Source: Candidatus Poribacteria bacterium | GTDB lineage: Bacteria; Poribacteria; WGA-4E; WGA-3G | Direction of reading: 5' to 3' | DNA length: 64,000 nt | Assembly (NCBI GenBank): GCA_963665235.2 | Contig: CAXXLX010000001.1 | Span: forward strand, 2,688,001 to 2,752,000 | Part shown: positions 9,889 through 19,473 of the stretch, piece after piece | Position numbering within the stretch: the first letter of the stretch is position 1 | Layout: each line of letters starts with the position of its first letter | Made by a program: the position numbers and the translations under genes | Notes under the pieces: model-generated | Databases searched by the model: none | What the model was told of the DNA's origin: nothing | What the model saw: the letters and a program-made list of their open reading frames with translations, nothing else

Positions 9889-11115
9889 ATGAGATTCAAT
9901 ACGATTCCAGAAGCCCTTTCTGCCATTAAAGCGGGTGAAATAATTATTGTCGTCGACGAACCGGACCGCGAAAACGAAGGCGACCTCATCATGGCCGCGG
10001 AAAAGGTGACTGCCGCCTCGATTAACTTTATGGCGAAATACGGACGCGGACTGATATGCCTTCCGACCTGTTCAGAACGGCTTACCGAACTTCAACTTAA
10101 CCCGATGGTGGTTGACAACACCGCACAGATGCAAACCGCGTTTACCGTAACAATTGATGCTAAAGAGGTCACCACAGGAATTTCTGCCCAAGAACGTGCC
10201 TATACGATTCGCAAATTTGTTGATGAGACGGCTGTTCCCTCAGACTTTGTGAGGCCTGGACACATATTTCCGTTGGAGGCAAAACCGGGGGGTGTTCTCC
10301 GACGCGCGGGCCATACCGAAGCAACGGTCGATCTGGCGCGTCTTGCGGGTTTATACCCGGCAGGTGTCTTGTGTGAAGTGCTCAACGACGATGGCACGAT
10401 GGCACGCGTTCCAGAACTGCTTGAATTCGCTCAACACCACAACCTCAAAATTATCACAATTTCTGACCTTATCGCATACCGCAGACGCACCGAAACGCTT
10501 ATTAAACGGGTGTCAACTGCTACAATACCCACAGCACACGGTGAATTCAAGCTGCACGCTTATGAAAGTAATGTCTACGGGAATCCAACCTCTACTGACT
10601 CCGCTGATATACATGATACACACGTTGCCCTCACGAAAGGCAAGATAGCTGATGAAAACCCGATCCTCGTTAGGGTTCACTCGCAATGCTTGACTGGCGA
10701 TGTGTTCGGCTCACTCCGATGTGATTGTGGTGAACAACTTGAAATTGCCCTTCAAAACATTGAAAACGCAGGGAGGGGTGTACTCCTCTATATGCGACAG
10801 GAGGGAAGGGGAATGGGGCTCAAGGACAAAATCCGCGCGTACCACCTCCAAGACAACGAGGGATTGGACACCGTTGAGGCGAATGAAAGGCTCGGATTTC
10901 CGCCCGATTTACGCGACTACGGAATAGGCGCGCAAATTCTCGCTGACCTAGGAGTCAAAAAGATGCGCCTTATGACAAACAACCCGCAAAAAGTTAAAGG
11001 ATTGTCCGGATACGGTTTGGAAATCGTTGAACGACTCCCGCTGCAAACAACACCGACCCCGTTTAACCAAGGCTATCTACAGACGAAACGGACGAAATTA
11101 GGACATCTTCTCTAA
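9889..11115 (+). CDS. ribBA: 3,4-DHBP synthase / GTP cyclohydrolase II
   Basis: [53 protein letters not shown]. Confidence 0.97.
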   Translation: MRFNTIPEALSAIKAGEIIIVVDEPDRENEGDLIMAAEKVTAASINFMAKYGRGLICLPTCSERLTELQLNPMVVDNTAQMQTAFTVTIDAKEVTTGISAQERAYTIRKFVDETAVPSDFVRPGHIFPLEAKPGGVLRRAGHTEATVDLARLAGLYPAGVLCEVLNDDGTMARVPELLEFAQHHNLKIITISDLIAYRRRTETLIKRVSTATIPTAHGEFKLHAYESNVYGNPTSTDSADIHDTHVALTKGKIADENPILVRVHSQCLTGDVFGSLRCDCGEQLEIALQNIENAGRGVLLYMRQEGRGMGLKDKIRAYHLQDNEGLDTVEANERLGFPPDLRDYGIGAQILADLGVKKMRLMTNNPQKVKGLSGYGLEIVERLPLQTTPTPFNQGYLQTKRTKLGHLL

Positions 11116-11255
11116 CTTAAACAGTGAAGCCGAAAGGCCAGGGTGCTAACACAATTTCTAATCTAAGTTGCCATCTATAAATTTTTAGACTGGGGAACGC
11201 CGCTTTTAGTCAAAAAATGCTGATAATTATAACGTGAACTTTTAGGTTGCGCCCT

Positions 11256-11472
11256 TATGCTACAAACTAGGAAGTTTGTGCTACTATATGCCACAAACTA
11301 GGAAGTTTGTGCTACTATATGCTACAAACTAGGAAGTTTGTGCTACTATATGCCACAAACTAGGAAGTTTGTGCTACTATATGCCACAAACTAGGAAGTT
11401 TGTGCTACTATATGCCACAAACTAGGAAGTTTGTGCTACTATATGCCACAAACTAGGAAGTTTGTGCTACTA
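11256..11472. repeat. 7 x 31-bp tandem repeat of a GTAG-REP-like hairpin
   Basis: Unit tatgc(c/t)acaaactaggaagtttgtgctacta in seven contiguous copies with no spacers; internal inverted repeat acaaact/agtttgt. Confidence 0.95.
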
Positions 11473-11482
11473 TTAGGAAATA

Positions 11483-11953
11483 ATGACTATGCCAAATGTG
11501 TACGAAGGCCACCTGAATGGTACTGGACTCAAATTTGGAATTATCGTGAGCCGCTTCAATAGTTTTATCACAACAAAGCTCTTAGATGGCGCGCTTGATG
11601 CAATAAAACGGCACGGCGGTGATTTGGAGCAGGTGGATGTTGTCTGGGTTCCCGGGGCTTTTGAGATCCCCGGAATCGCTAAACAGCTTGCTGAAAGCGG
11701 ACGCTATGACGCAATTATCTGTATCGGTGCCGTTATTCGCGGGGCAACCCCACACTTCGATTATGTCGCTGCGGAAAGTGCTAAGGGGATTGCTAACGTC
11801 TCACTCGCTACAGGGGTGCCAATTATATACGGAATTATTACGACTGATACGATAGAACAGGCAATTGAACGTGCTGGCACAAAGTCCGGAAACAAAGGCG
11901 CGGAGGCCGCGGTGACGGCTATAGAGATAGCGAACCTCCGCAAAAAGCTTTGA
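11483..11953 (+). CDS. ribH: Lumazine synthase
   Basis: [41 protein letters not shown]. Confidence 0.97.
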   Translation: MTMPNVYEGHLNGTGLKFGIIVSRFNSFITTKLLDGALDAIKRHGGDLEQVDVVWVPGAFEIPGIAKQLAESGRYDAIICIGAVIRGATPHFDYVAAESAKGIANVSLATGVPIIYGIITTDTIEQAIERAGTKSGNKGAEAAVTAIEIANLRKKL

Positions 11954-11981
11954 ATCACGTCTCTCGGAGTCCAGAATTCAA

Positions 11982-12587
11982 ATGATAGCAATTATAGATT
12001 ACAAAGCAGGAAACTTGACGAGCGTTGCTCGTGCACTAAAACACCTCGGCTACGACAGCCAGATTACGGATACGCCTGAAACTATTCTCGCAGCGGAACG
12101 CGTGATTTTTCCGGGGGTCGGTGCCGCAAAAGCGACGATGGAAAACCTACAGCCCCGGCACCTTGATGAGGTCCTCCGCCAATTTTATGAATCTGGCAAA
12201 CCGATGCTCGGTATATGTATCGGTATCCAAATCCTTTTTCAGCACAGTGAGGAGGAGGATACCGAATGTCTCGGTATCCTCCCGGGTGTTGTTAAAAAAT
12301 TCAGGGAGCACCCCCAGCTCAAGGTCCCACAAATCGGATGGAATGAGGTGTACCAGACACGTTCACACGCCATCTTCGAGGACGTACCAAATCCAGCGCA
12401 CTTTTACTTTGTCAATTCCTATTACCCTGTGCCTGATACGGAGGGAATTGTCATCGGTAACACCACGTATGGACTTGAGTTTTGTAGTGTGATTGCTCAT
12501 AACAACCTGATTGCAACCCAATTTCACTTGGAGAAGAGCGGACGCGTCGGGTTGAAAATGTTAGAGAATTTCTTAAAATTGTGTTAG
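11982..12587 (+). CDS. hisH: Imidazole glycerol phosphate synthase, glutaminase subunit
   Basis: IIDYKAGNL, FPGVG, LGICIG.Q, KVPQIGWN, YFVNSYY, QFHLEKSG. Confidence 0.95.
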   Translation: MIAIIDYKAGNLTSVARALKHLGYDSQITDTPETILAAERVIFPGVGAAKATMENLQPRHLDEVLRQFYESGKPMLGICIGIQILFQHSEEEDTECLGILPGVVKKFREHPQLKVPQIGWNEVYQTRSHAIFEDVPNPAHFYFVNSYYPVPDTEGIVIGNTTYGLEFCSVIAHNNLIATQFHLEKSGRVGLKMLENFLKLC

Positions 12588-14149
12588 GACTTATGATTCA
12601 AAGTGTGTTTTTAGCCCTCGGTGTGTTAATTATCAACGTTGTTGTCTATGCATCGGGCATGCATCATTACTACTTTGTCATTTCACATCTTTACTACGGT
12701 GTGATGCTGTTAGCAGCAATTTATGAAAGTTCGCGCAACCAAAAATTGCTGCTCGGGTTAACAACAGTTGCCAATTGGGTGTCTGTCTTTTTCTTTCAAA
12801 AGGCGTTCCAAATAGAGGGTATTGTTATTGCCTTCCTGTATCCGGGTCTGGCGTTCCTTCTGCTGAGAACGATTCAGCAATTGCAGGTGCAGCGACTAAA
12901 TCGTGCGAAGGAGATGGATAGAATTAATAATACCAGAATCTCTTTAGAGAAACAGGTTCGCGACCTATCCACCGTTTTTGAGGTAAGTCAAGCAGCGAAC
13001 GATGCGCTTGAATTAGAGGAGCTCTTTCAGCGAATTATTGAAATTCTCTCCGAACGGCTCGGTATTTACCGGGGGACGTTGCACATCTATGAGAATGGGG
13101 AAATTGTGACATCCGCTGAGGTGGTTCTGGGGTTAACAGCGGCAGAACAGAAACGGGGCACGGACCACCAGATAGCGGAAATTGAGAAAGAAGTTCTGGC
13201 GAAAGGCGAAGCACGGGGTGTACCGCAGCACCGCCTTCCGCGGCAATTCGTTGAGCTGTTTTCCCCGGAACAGGTTGAATCTAAAGATAACATCGCCTTC
13301 TGGTGCCTGCCGGTAATCGTAGAGGAGCAGGTTATTGGAACATTGACAATTGACAAGGCAAAGGATGAACTTTCGGCAGCGGAAGATGAACAGGTTTTAA
13401 AAATCATCGCCTCAATCATCGCCCAACGTGTCAAAATTAAGCAAACGATTGACGCTTTAGTCCAATCCGAACGTTTGGCTGTTCTCGGTAAATTGGTGAC
13501 AACAATTGCACATGAAGTTCGAAATCCGCTCGGCAGTATTCGGTTGGCAACACAGCTTCTTAGCGAACCCACCAGCCGATTCGCACCGCTCTCTGAAGAG
13601 GAGCGCGTCGAAATTGATGAATACACCGCTATCATTATCAAAGAGGTTGACCGACTGAACCGTTCAATTGAACAGTTGCTCGCTTTCAGTAAACCCGCAA
13701 TTGCAAATGCGGAACCTTGCGATATTCACCAGTTGCTTGATAATTGTCTCGCTACCTATCAGGTAGAATTAGACCGATACAACATCAGTGTGGTACGCGA
13801 TTACACTGAATGCCCATCTGTGAATGTTAATCAGGATGGGATTACGCAGGTGGTTCTGAATCTATTTTCTAATGCCATGGAGGCCATGGAAAACAGGGGA
13901 ACTTTGACAATTCAGACACGGCTAGCGACTAAATCTGTCTACATTCGCGTGCAAGACACGGGGCCCGGTATTCCGCCCAATGAGGTGCCGCACCTCTTTG
14001 ATGCGTTTTATACCACAAAACAGAAGGGAACGGGGCTCGGGCTTTACATTAGTCAAAAAATTTTAGCAGAACATGAGGGAAGCATTGAAGTGGATGCTGA
14101 CCTCACAACCGGCACTGCTTTTATAATAACGCTTCCTATCGCACGTTAA
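12581..14149 (+). CDS. Membrane GAF-domain sensor histidine kinase (NtrB-like)
   Basis: N-terminal TM helices, GAF-like region, H-box AHEVRNPL, NAMEAM, DTGPGI, GTGLGL. Confidence 0.9.
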   Translation: MLGLMIQSVFLALGVLIINVVVYASGMHHYYFVISHLYYGVMLLAAIYESSRNQKLLLGLTTVANWVSVFFFQKAFQIEGIVIAFLYPGLAFLLLRTIQQLQVQRLNRAKEMDRINNTRISLEKQVRDLSTVFEVSQAANDALELEELFQRIIEILSERLGIYRGTLHIYENGEIVTSAEVVLGLTAAEQKRGTDHQIAEIEKEVLAKGEARGVPQHRLPRQFVELFSPEQVESKDNIAFWCLPVIVEEQVIGTLTIDKAKDELSAAEDEQVLKIIASIIAQRVKIKQTIDALVQSERLAVLGKLVTTIAHEVRNPLGSIRLATQLLSEPTSRFAPLSEEERVEIDEYTAIIIKEVDRLNRSIEQLLAFSKPAIANAEPCDIHQLLDNCLATYQVELDRYNISVVRDYTECPSVNVNQDGITQVVLNLFSNAMEAMENRGTLTIQTRLATKSVYIRVQDTGPGIPPNEVPHLFDAFYTTKQKGTGLGLYISQKILAEHEGSIEVDADLTTGTAFIITLPIAR

Positions 14150-14207
14150 TTTTCAGTGCTAGATGCTTGCAAACTGACAGTTTGTGATAAAACTCGGGGT
14201 GATAGTT

Positions 14208-15635
14208 ATGCCCTATTCAATTCTCATCGCTGACGACAATGATAGTTACCGCAGGCTGCTTGCTGATGTCCTTGAGAAGGCAGGGTATCGGACCATCAGA
14301 GCCCGAAATGGCGCGGAGACGCTTGTTTGTGTACAGAACGAGGATATAGATGTTATCCTCCTCGATATTTTTTTAGGGGACGCTGATGGGCTGGAATTGA
14401 TGGAATCCATTCAGCAGCTGAACGCTGCTGCATCCGTTATTATCATCACGGGGCATGGGACCACGCAAACCGCTATCGAAGCAGCGAAACGCCGCGCTTA
14501 CGGTTACCTAACGAAAGTTGTCGACAATAAAAATCTCCTTGAACTTGTCGAACGCGCAGCAGCGGCGGCAAATCAAACAAAACGCGCCAAACCCGCAATT
14601 CCGGATATTCGCCTCGACAGAGATGGCAAGATGGTCGGGCAAAGTCCTATTATGCAAGAGGTTTATCAGATGATTGGACGCGCAGCCGTCAGCGATGAAA
14701 CTATACTCATTATGGGGGAAAGCGGGACCGGCAAGGAATTGGTTGCACAGCTCATCCACGAAAACAGCGCGCGCAGCGATAACCCGTTCATTGTCGTCGA
14801 CTGTAGCGCGATGCCTGTTAACCTCATTGAGAGCGCACTCTTCGGACATGTCAAGGGGGCGTACACGGATGCATATACCGCACGCAAGGGTAAATTTGAG
14901 CAGGCTGATAGTGGTACTATTTTTCTCGATGAAATTGGCGAATTGCCTATTGAGGTACAGATGAAATTGCTTCGCGTCCTTCAGGAACGGGAGGTCGAAC
15001 CTGTCGGTGGTAATGAGACTTGCCCCGTCGATGTCCGAATCATTGCTGCAACCAATAGACAACTTGATATAGCTGTTTCTGAGAAAACGTTTCGCGAAGA
15101 CCTTTACTACCGACTCAATGTTATCCCGATTTCGCTGCCCCCCCTCAAGGAACGAAAAGAGGATATTCCGGAACTGATTGACCTATTTACAAGTCGATTC
15201 TCCGAAGAATACGAACTCCCTAAACTCGGTATTTCCACTTCGGCACTTAAAAAGCTGACCGCCTATGAGTGGCCCGGCAACGTCCGAGAACTTGAAAACG
15301 CTATCAAACGGGCACTTGTTATGTGCTCCGGACAGATGCTCCTCACCGAACATTTTTCACAGATTTTAAACGAGCCGACACCGAGCAGCAATATTGAGGA
15401 TACACAAAATCTTAATCAGCACGTCTATGCCCTGCTCCAAGAACAGGTTACACAATACCTCCAATCTGAAGCGGAGGAGGGGCAACTTCATGACGCAATC
15501 CGAAAAATTTTTGAGAGACCGCTTTTGAAAATTGTCCTTGAACACACAAACGGTAATCAAACGAAAGCCGCGGATATCCTCGGCATCAACCGAAATACGC
15601 TGCATACAAAACTGACAGAGTATGGTATCAAGTAA
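14208..15635 (+). CDS. Sigma54-dependent response regulator (NtrC family)
   Basis: REC domain, GESGTGKE, GAYTDA (GAFTGA variant), FLDEIGE, WPGNVRELEN, Fis-type HTH GNQTKAADILGINRNTL. Confidence 0.93.
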   Translation: MPYSILIADDNDSYRRLLADVLEKAGYRTIRARNGAETLVCVQNEDIDVILLDIFLGDADGLELMESIQQLNAAASVIIITGHGTTQTAIEAAKRRAYGYLTKVVDNKNLLELVERAAAAANQTKRAKPAIPDIRLDRDGKMVGQSPIMQEVYQMIGRAAVSDETILIMGESGTGKELVAQLIHENSARSDNPFIVVDCSAMPVNLIESALFGHVKGAYTDAYTARKGKFEQADSGTIFLDEIGELPIEVQMKLLRVLQEREVEPVGGNETCPVDVRIIAATNRQLDIAVSEKTFREDLYYRLNVIPISLPPLKERKEDIPELIDLFTSRFSEEYELPKLGISTSALKKLTAYEWPGNVRELENAIKRALVMCSGQMLLTEHFSQILNEPTPSSNIEDTQNLNQHVYALLQEQVTQYLQSEAEEGQLHDAIRKIFERPLLKIVLEHTNGNQTKAADILGINRNTLHTKLTEYGIK

Positions 15636-15699
15636 TATTTAGCAATTAGCAATTGGCAATTGGCAATTGGCGATTAGCAATTAGCAATTAGCAAGAGAA

Positions 15700-15820
15700 A
15701 GAGGTTTTTGACGCGCGGCACAGATATGCTTAGAATCTGAAACTCTTGCTATAGGTTTCCAACGGTTTCCAATAGCCAACGGTTTCCAATATTCTATAAA
15801 CATATCGCCCCGATGGGGAT
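15700..15820. repeat. Dispersed ~120-bp intergenic repeat (MITE/REP-like)
   Basis: ggtttttgacgcgcggca.agatatgcttag...ggtttccaacggtttccaa...ataaacat..cgccccg.tgggg also occurs at ~17278-17390 and, inverted, at ~45522-45635. Confidence 0.8.
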
Positions 15821-16190
15821 AGGTTGTGGGGGATTGCATTTTCTATAGAGCGGGGAGGGCGCTTGCACAGCACGCTCCTACAGAAGAGAAGCGGAGGGCG
15901 CGTGCACAGCACGCTCTTGAGGAGCGGTGCTTCGCACCGAATACTAGAAGAGGGGTGTTGAACAAACGGAGAAAAATAGGGAGAAATAAATACCCTCGCC
16001 TCAGATTATATTTTTCTGGAATATCGATGAAAAAGCTGGTATAATATTCTGTAAGTAGTTTATTAAGGTTTATTTCAAAACCGAGGTAAGATTCTCAAAC
16101 GATATAATCCCCCCCGGCAGGGCTCGGTATTTTTAAAAACTTACCGACCCGCCGAGGAATATCAATAAGCGAAGGAAAGGGAATTTATCT

Positions 16191-16631
16191 ATGACAAATA
16201 CAAATAAGGAGACACGCTCTGCGTTGTTCACTGTTCGAGATGGTGAGGACGCTCTAATTCGTCTCATATTCATTTTCTATTCAATATTAGGAGGGATTAT
16301 CCTCCATGAGAGAATACTTGAGGGTCGGACGTGGTCTGCGGCCTTTTCCGTGATGGTAGAGCATGGCGGTGAAGCGTTGACCTGGGCTACAAGTCTCACC
16401 CTAACTATAGAAGGAGTTATGATTATGTTTTCACGTCTTCAAGACCATCGGGACAGACGGAAAAGACGCTTCGAGGAAGCACGAGCCGAAGGGAAAGCCG
16501 AAGGCAGAGCCGAAGGCAAAACCGAGATTTACAAAGAAATCGCTGAATGGAATAACAGGCGGCTCAACGCACAAGCACAAAATCAACCATTCACCGAACC
16601 GTTCCCCGAACCCCCTGATACTACTCATTAG
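16191..16631 (+). CDS. Small membrane protein with (AEGK/AEGR)n C-terminal tail and internal RBS/start at 16419
   Basis: Hydrophobic N-terminal half; tail EARAEGKAEGRAEGK; GGAAAGGGA RBS. Confidence 0.7.
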   Translation: MTNTNKETRSALFTVRDGEDALIRLIFIFYSILGGIILHERILEGRTWSAAFSVMVEHGGEALTWATSLTLTIEGVMIMFSRLQDHRDRRKRRFEEARAEGKAEGRAEGKTEIYKEIAEWNNRRLNAQAQNQPFTEPFPEPPDTTH

Positions 16632-16648
16632 CGATTAGCTAAGGAGTT

Positions 16649-16873
16649 ATGATTATGTTTTCACGTCTTCAAGACCATCGGGACAGACGGAAAAGACGCT
16701 TCGAGGAAGCACGAGCCGAAGGGAAAGCCGAAGGCAGAGCCGAAGGGAAAGCCGAAGGCAAAACCGAGATTTACAAAGAAATCGCTGAATGGAATAACAG
16801 GCGGCTCAACGCACAAGCACAAAATCAACCATTCACCGAACCGTTCCCCGAACCCCCTGACACTACTCATTAG
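16649..16873 (+). CDS. Stand-alone duplicate of the C-terminal module of the upstream gene
   Basis: 16641-16882 duplicates 16411-16640 with one extra 12-bp unit; has its own AAGGAG RBS. Confidence 0.7.
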   Translation: MIMFSRLQDHRDRRKRRFEEARAEGKAEGRAEGKAEGKTEIYKEIAEWNNRRLNAQAQNQPFTEPFPEPPDTTH

Positions 16874-16967
16874 CGATTAGCTATTGGCGATTGGCGATTG
16901 GCAAGAAATATAAGAGGGTTCTTTCTCTTTGTTTTCTTTCTCTTGCTAATTGCTAACTGCCAATTGT

Positions 16968-17110
16968 TATACTAAAGGTTGGACAATTTTAGGGGTGTTT
17001 AACGTTCTGGTCAAAGGGATAGGTGGCAGGGTGGCAGGTTGGATTTCGCGTGTGTTGTCAGAATCGAGGATTATCGCGGAGGACACGGATTATGCGGATT
17101 TTAAGGTGTG
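16968..17110. repeat. Second dispersed intergenic repeat family
   Basis: tactaaa..ttggacaattttagg...gtcaaagggataggtgg...gtgtgttgtcagaat also at ~33525-33690; inverted/partial copies at 45660-45725 and 45875-45905. Confidence 0.7.
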
Positions 17111-17390
17111 TATGCGTCAAGGTTTTGTGATTAAGTGATGTTGGTTTTTTTGTCTGAATCGCGGATTACACAGAGGACAGAGAGAACGCTGAAAGAAGAG
17201 GGGTTTGGGTAAAATCTATAAACATATCGCTATTGGCGATTAGCAATTAGCGATTGGCAATTGGAAACCAGAGGAATAGGTTTTTGACGCGCGGCAGAGA
17301 TATGCTTAGCATCACAACCTTCTTGCTAACGGTTTCCAACGGTTTCCAACAGCCAATATTTTATAAACATACCGCCCCGCTGGGGCTGCA

Positions 17391-17888
17391 GTGATAGCAC
17401 CCAACGCCTAAAGGCGTGGGAAACCTCGGTTTCGTAGCAACTGCGGTTTACTCAGAGAGTTTACCGTCTAACTGTCGCTCCACCAGTAGGCGATTCCCCT
17501 TGGGTGAAACTCCCTTGGGCACATCAGGCGTAACACAACCCTGGCTATCCCTACCTACCTCGTTCTCTGTTGAGAACGATAATTTGAGAAAGGGGCAGCA
17601 ATACAACGTGCAGACTTTCACCTCTGCTCCGATACAAGCTTTCGCCTTTGGCGCGTTAACTGCCCAGTATACTTTTTGAGTGGTCTAACACTAACACTAC
17701 ACACCTTCTCACAGGTGAGGGATAGCACCTGCACTGAGTTGTGTGCAGGGTGAGAATGCTATCCAAAAGTGTCAGTTTAATTATACCACAGTTTTTGGTG
17801 AAAGTCAAATTAATTTTCAGGGATTACACCCTTAGCGGGCTTATATCCTATACCGTGCAAAAGGATTGGGCTTTACGCCCGAAGTCCC
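17391..17888 (-). mobile_element. Non-autonomous IS200/IS605-family element retaining both ends and a TnpB reRNA-like right end; no tnpA/tnpB ORF
   Basis: Minus strand: TTAC|left end with AAAG guide and hairpin; TTGACT-N17-TATAAT promoter; right end GAGG...CCCACGCCTTTAGGCGTTGGG..TCAC. Guide/cleavage tetranucleotides follow the IS608 pairing rule. Confidence 0.75.
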
Positions 17889-17912
17889 GTAAATAACGTA
17901 GAGGAAACACTC

Positions 17913-18197
17913 ATGGATATAGGAAAAGTTATCGGGACTGTTGTTGCAACCCGAAAAGAGCCGAGTTTAGAAGGCACACGTCTTCTCATCGTGCAACCTC
18001 TTGATGAAAAGCACAACCCAATCGCCTCACCCCTCGTTGCTGTGGATACGCTACAGGACGCGGGCGTGGGTGAAACTGTCTACATGGTCACCGGTGGAGA
18101 TGCAGCAGGGGTCTTACCTGACAGACGCATGCCTGTCGATGTCGCAATTGTTGGCATTGTTGACACTGTCTCTTTGCCGGAGGCACCGGAACTATAA
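17913..18197 (+). CDS. eutN: BMC vertex protein (EutN/CcmL)
   Basis: GKVIGTVVATRKEPSLEG.RLLIVQP...VAVD...AGVGE...PVDVAIVGIVD. Confidence 0.92.
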   Translation: MDIGKVIGTVVATRKEPSLEGTRLLIVQPLDEKHNPIASPLVAVDTLQDAGVGETVYMVTGGDAAGVLPDRRMPVDVAIVGIVDTVSLPEAPEL

Positions 18198-18214
18198 ACA
18201 TATAGGAACTTACG

Positions 18215-18496
18215 ATGTATCTTGCAAAAGTCATTGGCAAAGTTGTTTCTGTCATTAAACATCCAGCGTATCAAAATCGGACGCTGCTGCTTATTCAACC
18301 GTTGAGTCTAAAATCCGAGCTTGTTCGCACGCCGACAATTGCTGTGGATTATGTCGGAGCAGGCGAAGGCGATACCGTAATTGTCGGCGCGGGGCCCGGG
18401 GTTGCACAGGAGGTCTTCGGTATCGAAAACGCACCCATCCGTGAACTTGTCATGGGCATCGTCGACCATTTCGATATGTCCCACCAAGAGGAGTAA
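18215..18496 (+). CDS. Second BMC vertex protein (EutN/CcmL)
   Basis: MYLAKVIGKVVSVIKH...IAVDYVGAGEGD...PIRELVMGIVD. Confidence 0.9.
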   Translation: MYLAKVIGKVVSVIKHPAYQNRTLLLIQPLSLKSELVRTPTIAVDYVGAGEGDTVIVGAGPGVAQEVFGIENAPIRELVMGIVDHFDMSHQEE

Positions 18497-18498
18497 AA

Positions 18499-19158
18499 AT
18501 GATGGACATAACTGATAATTACGGAAATCTTCGGAGAATACTTACTACTTTTATGACCACAATCCTGATCGAAAAGGTCCCCGGGTACCTCTGCATACTG
18601 TTTCTCTGTTTACCCCTGAGTGCTTGTCGTATCGCTCAAGTTTTGTCGACCCAATACAGCGAAAATATTGCACTATCAGACCACGGAACCGAAGCAAACC
18701 ACCCCGGCTTAAACGATGGAAATCTCGAAACTGTGGCAACGCTTCCCGCAGCGAATGAACGAAACTTCATTATTCAATTTGCTGATGTCCGCCCTATCCG
18801 AAAAATTGTTATTCACAACGGAAATATCTTCCGATTTGATATGGCCTATCTAAATCCGGAAACTGACACCTGGGAAATTTTCGATACAGTTATTCAGCGA
18901 CGTGACCTTAAAGGAAAACGCGCCCAGGAGAAATACGTCTTTGACAGATTAAATCTTCAAACGCGGATGATACGGGTCACTGTGAACCGAACCGTTGATG
19001 ATGTCGTGATTAACAAGATTACTCCCGACCCTGGGGATAAGGTGTTAGCATATAGAAGGAGCCTCGGCGGACAATACTTCCCGCACTATCGCGTGATCCG
19101 TCCCTCAGTGGCCCAGGTTCGAGAAATTGAGGTCTATCACCTTGCAGAAAGCAAGTGA
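18499..19158 (+). CDS. Hypothetical lipoprotein, discoidin/F5/8-like beta sandwich (true start probably later)
   Basis: LSAC lipobox, NIAL...LNDGN, QVREIEVY. Confidence 0.55.
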   Translation: MMDITDNYGNLRRILTTFMTTILIEKVPGYLCILFLCLPLSACRIAQVLSTQYSENIALSDHGTEANHPGLNDGNLETVATLPAANERNFIIQFADVRPIRKIVIHNGNIFRFDMAYLNPETDTWEIFDTVIQRRDLKGKRAQEKYVFDRLNLQTRMIRVTVNRTVDDVVINKITPDPGDKVLAYRRSLGGQYFPHYRVIRPSVAQVREIEVYHLAESK

Positions 19159-19473
19159 CACCGCATCGGGCTAACAGGAGCGATGATTTGATGTAATGCG
19201 CGATTCAAATAATTCAATTTTTTTTGAAGAAAACCGGCACAACGAGCAACTAAATAGGTAGAAGTCGGACATTTTTACTAGAGCGTATCTCCTAAATTAC
19301 TTGTAGGGGCGGGGTCCCCCCGCCCGACTATAAGCCCCCTTCATTCTGTGATGCGGGCGAGGTGACCTCGCCCCTACGAACAAAATGATATGATTTTCTG
19401 AAAGAGAATAGGTAAACGATTTATGAGATAGACTGTAAACCTAAGCAGCACAATTTACATTGAGACCCCAAAA

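Noticed and set aside
11256-11472. 31-bp repeats as a CRISPR array
   Set aside because: The units are contiguous with no unique spacers; this is a REP-like VNTR
17416-17679. 87-aa ORF inside the IS-like element as a transposase
   Set aside because: No HUH/Y1 or RuvC motifs, and it lies antisense to the element
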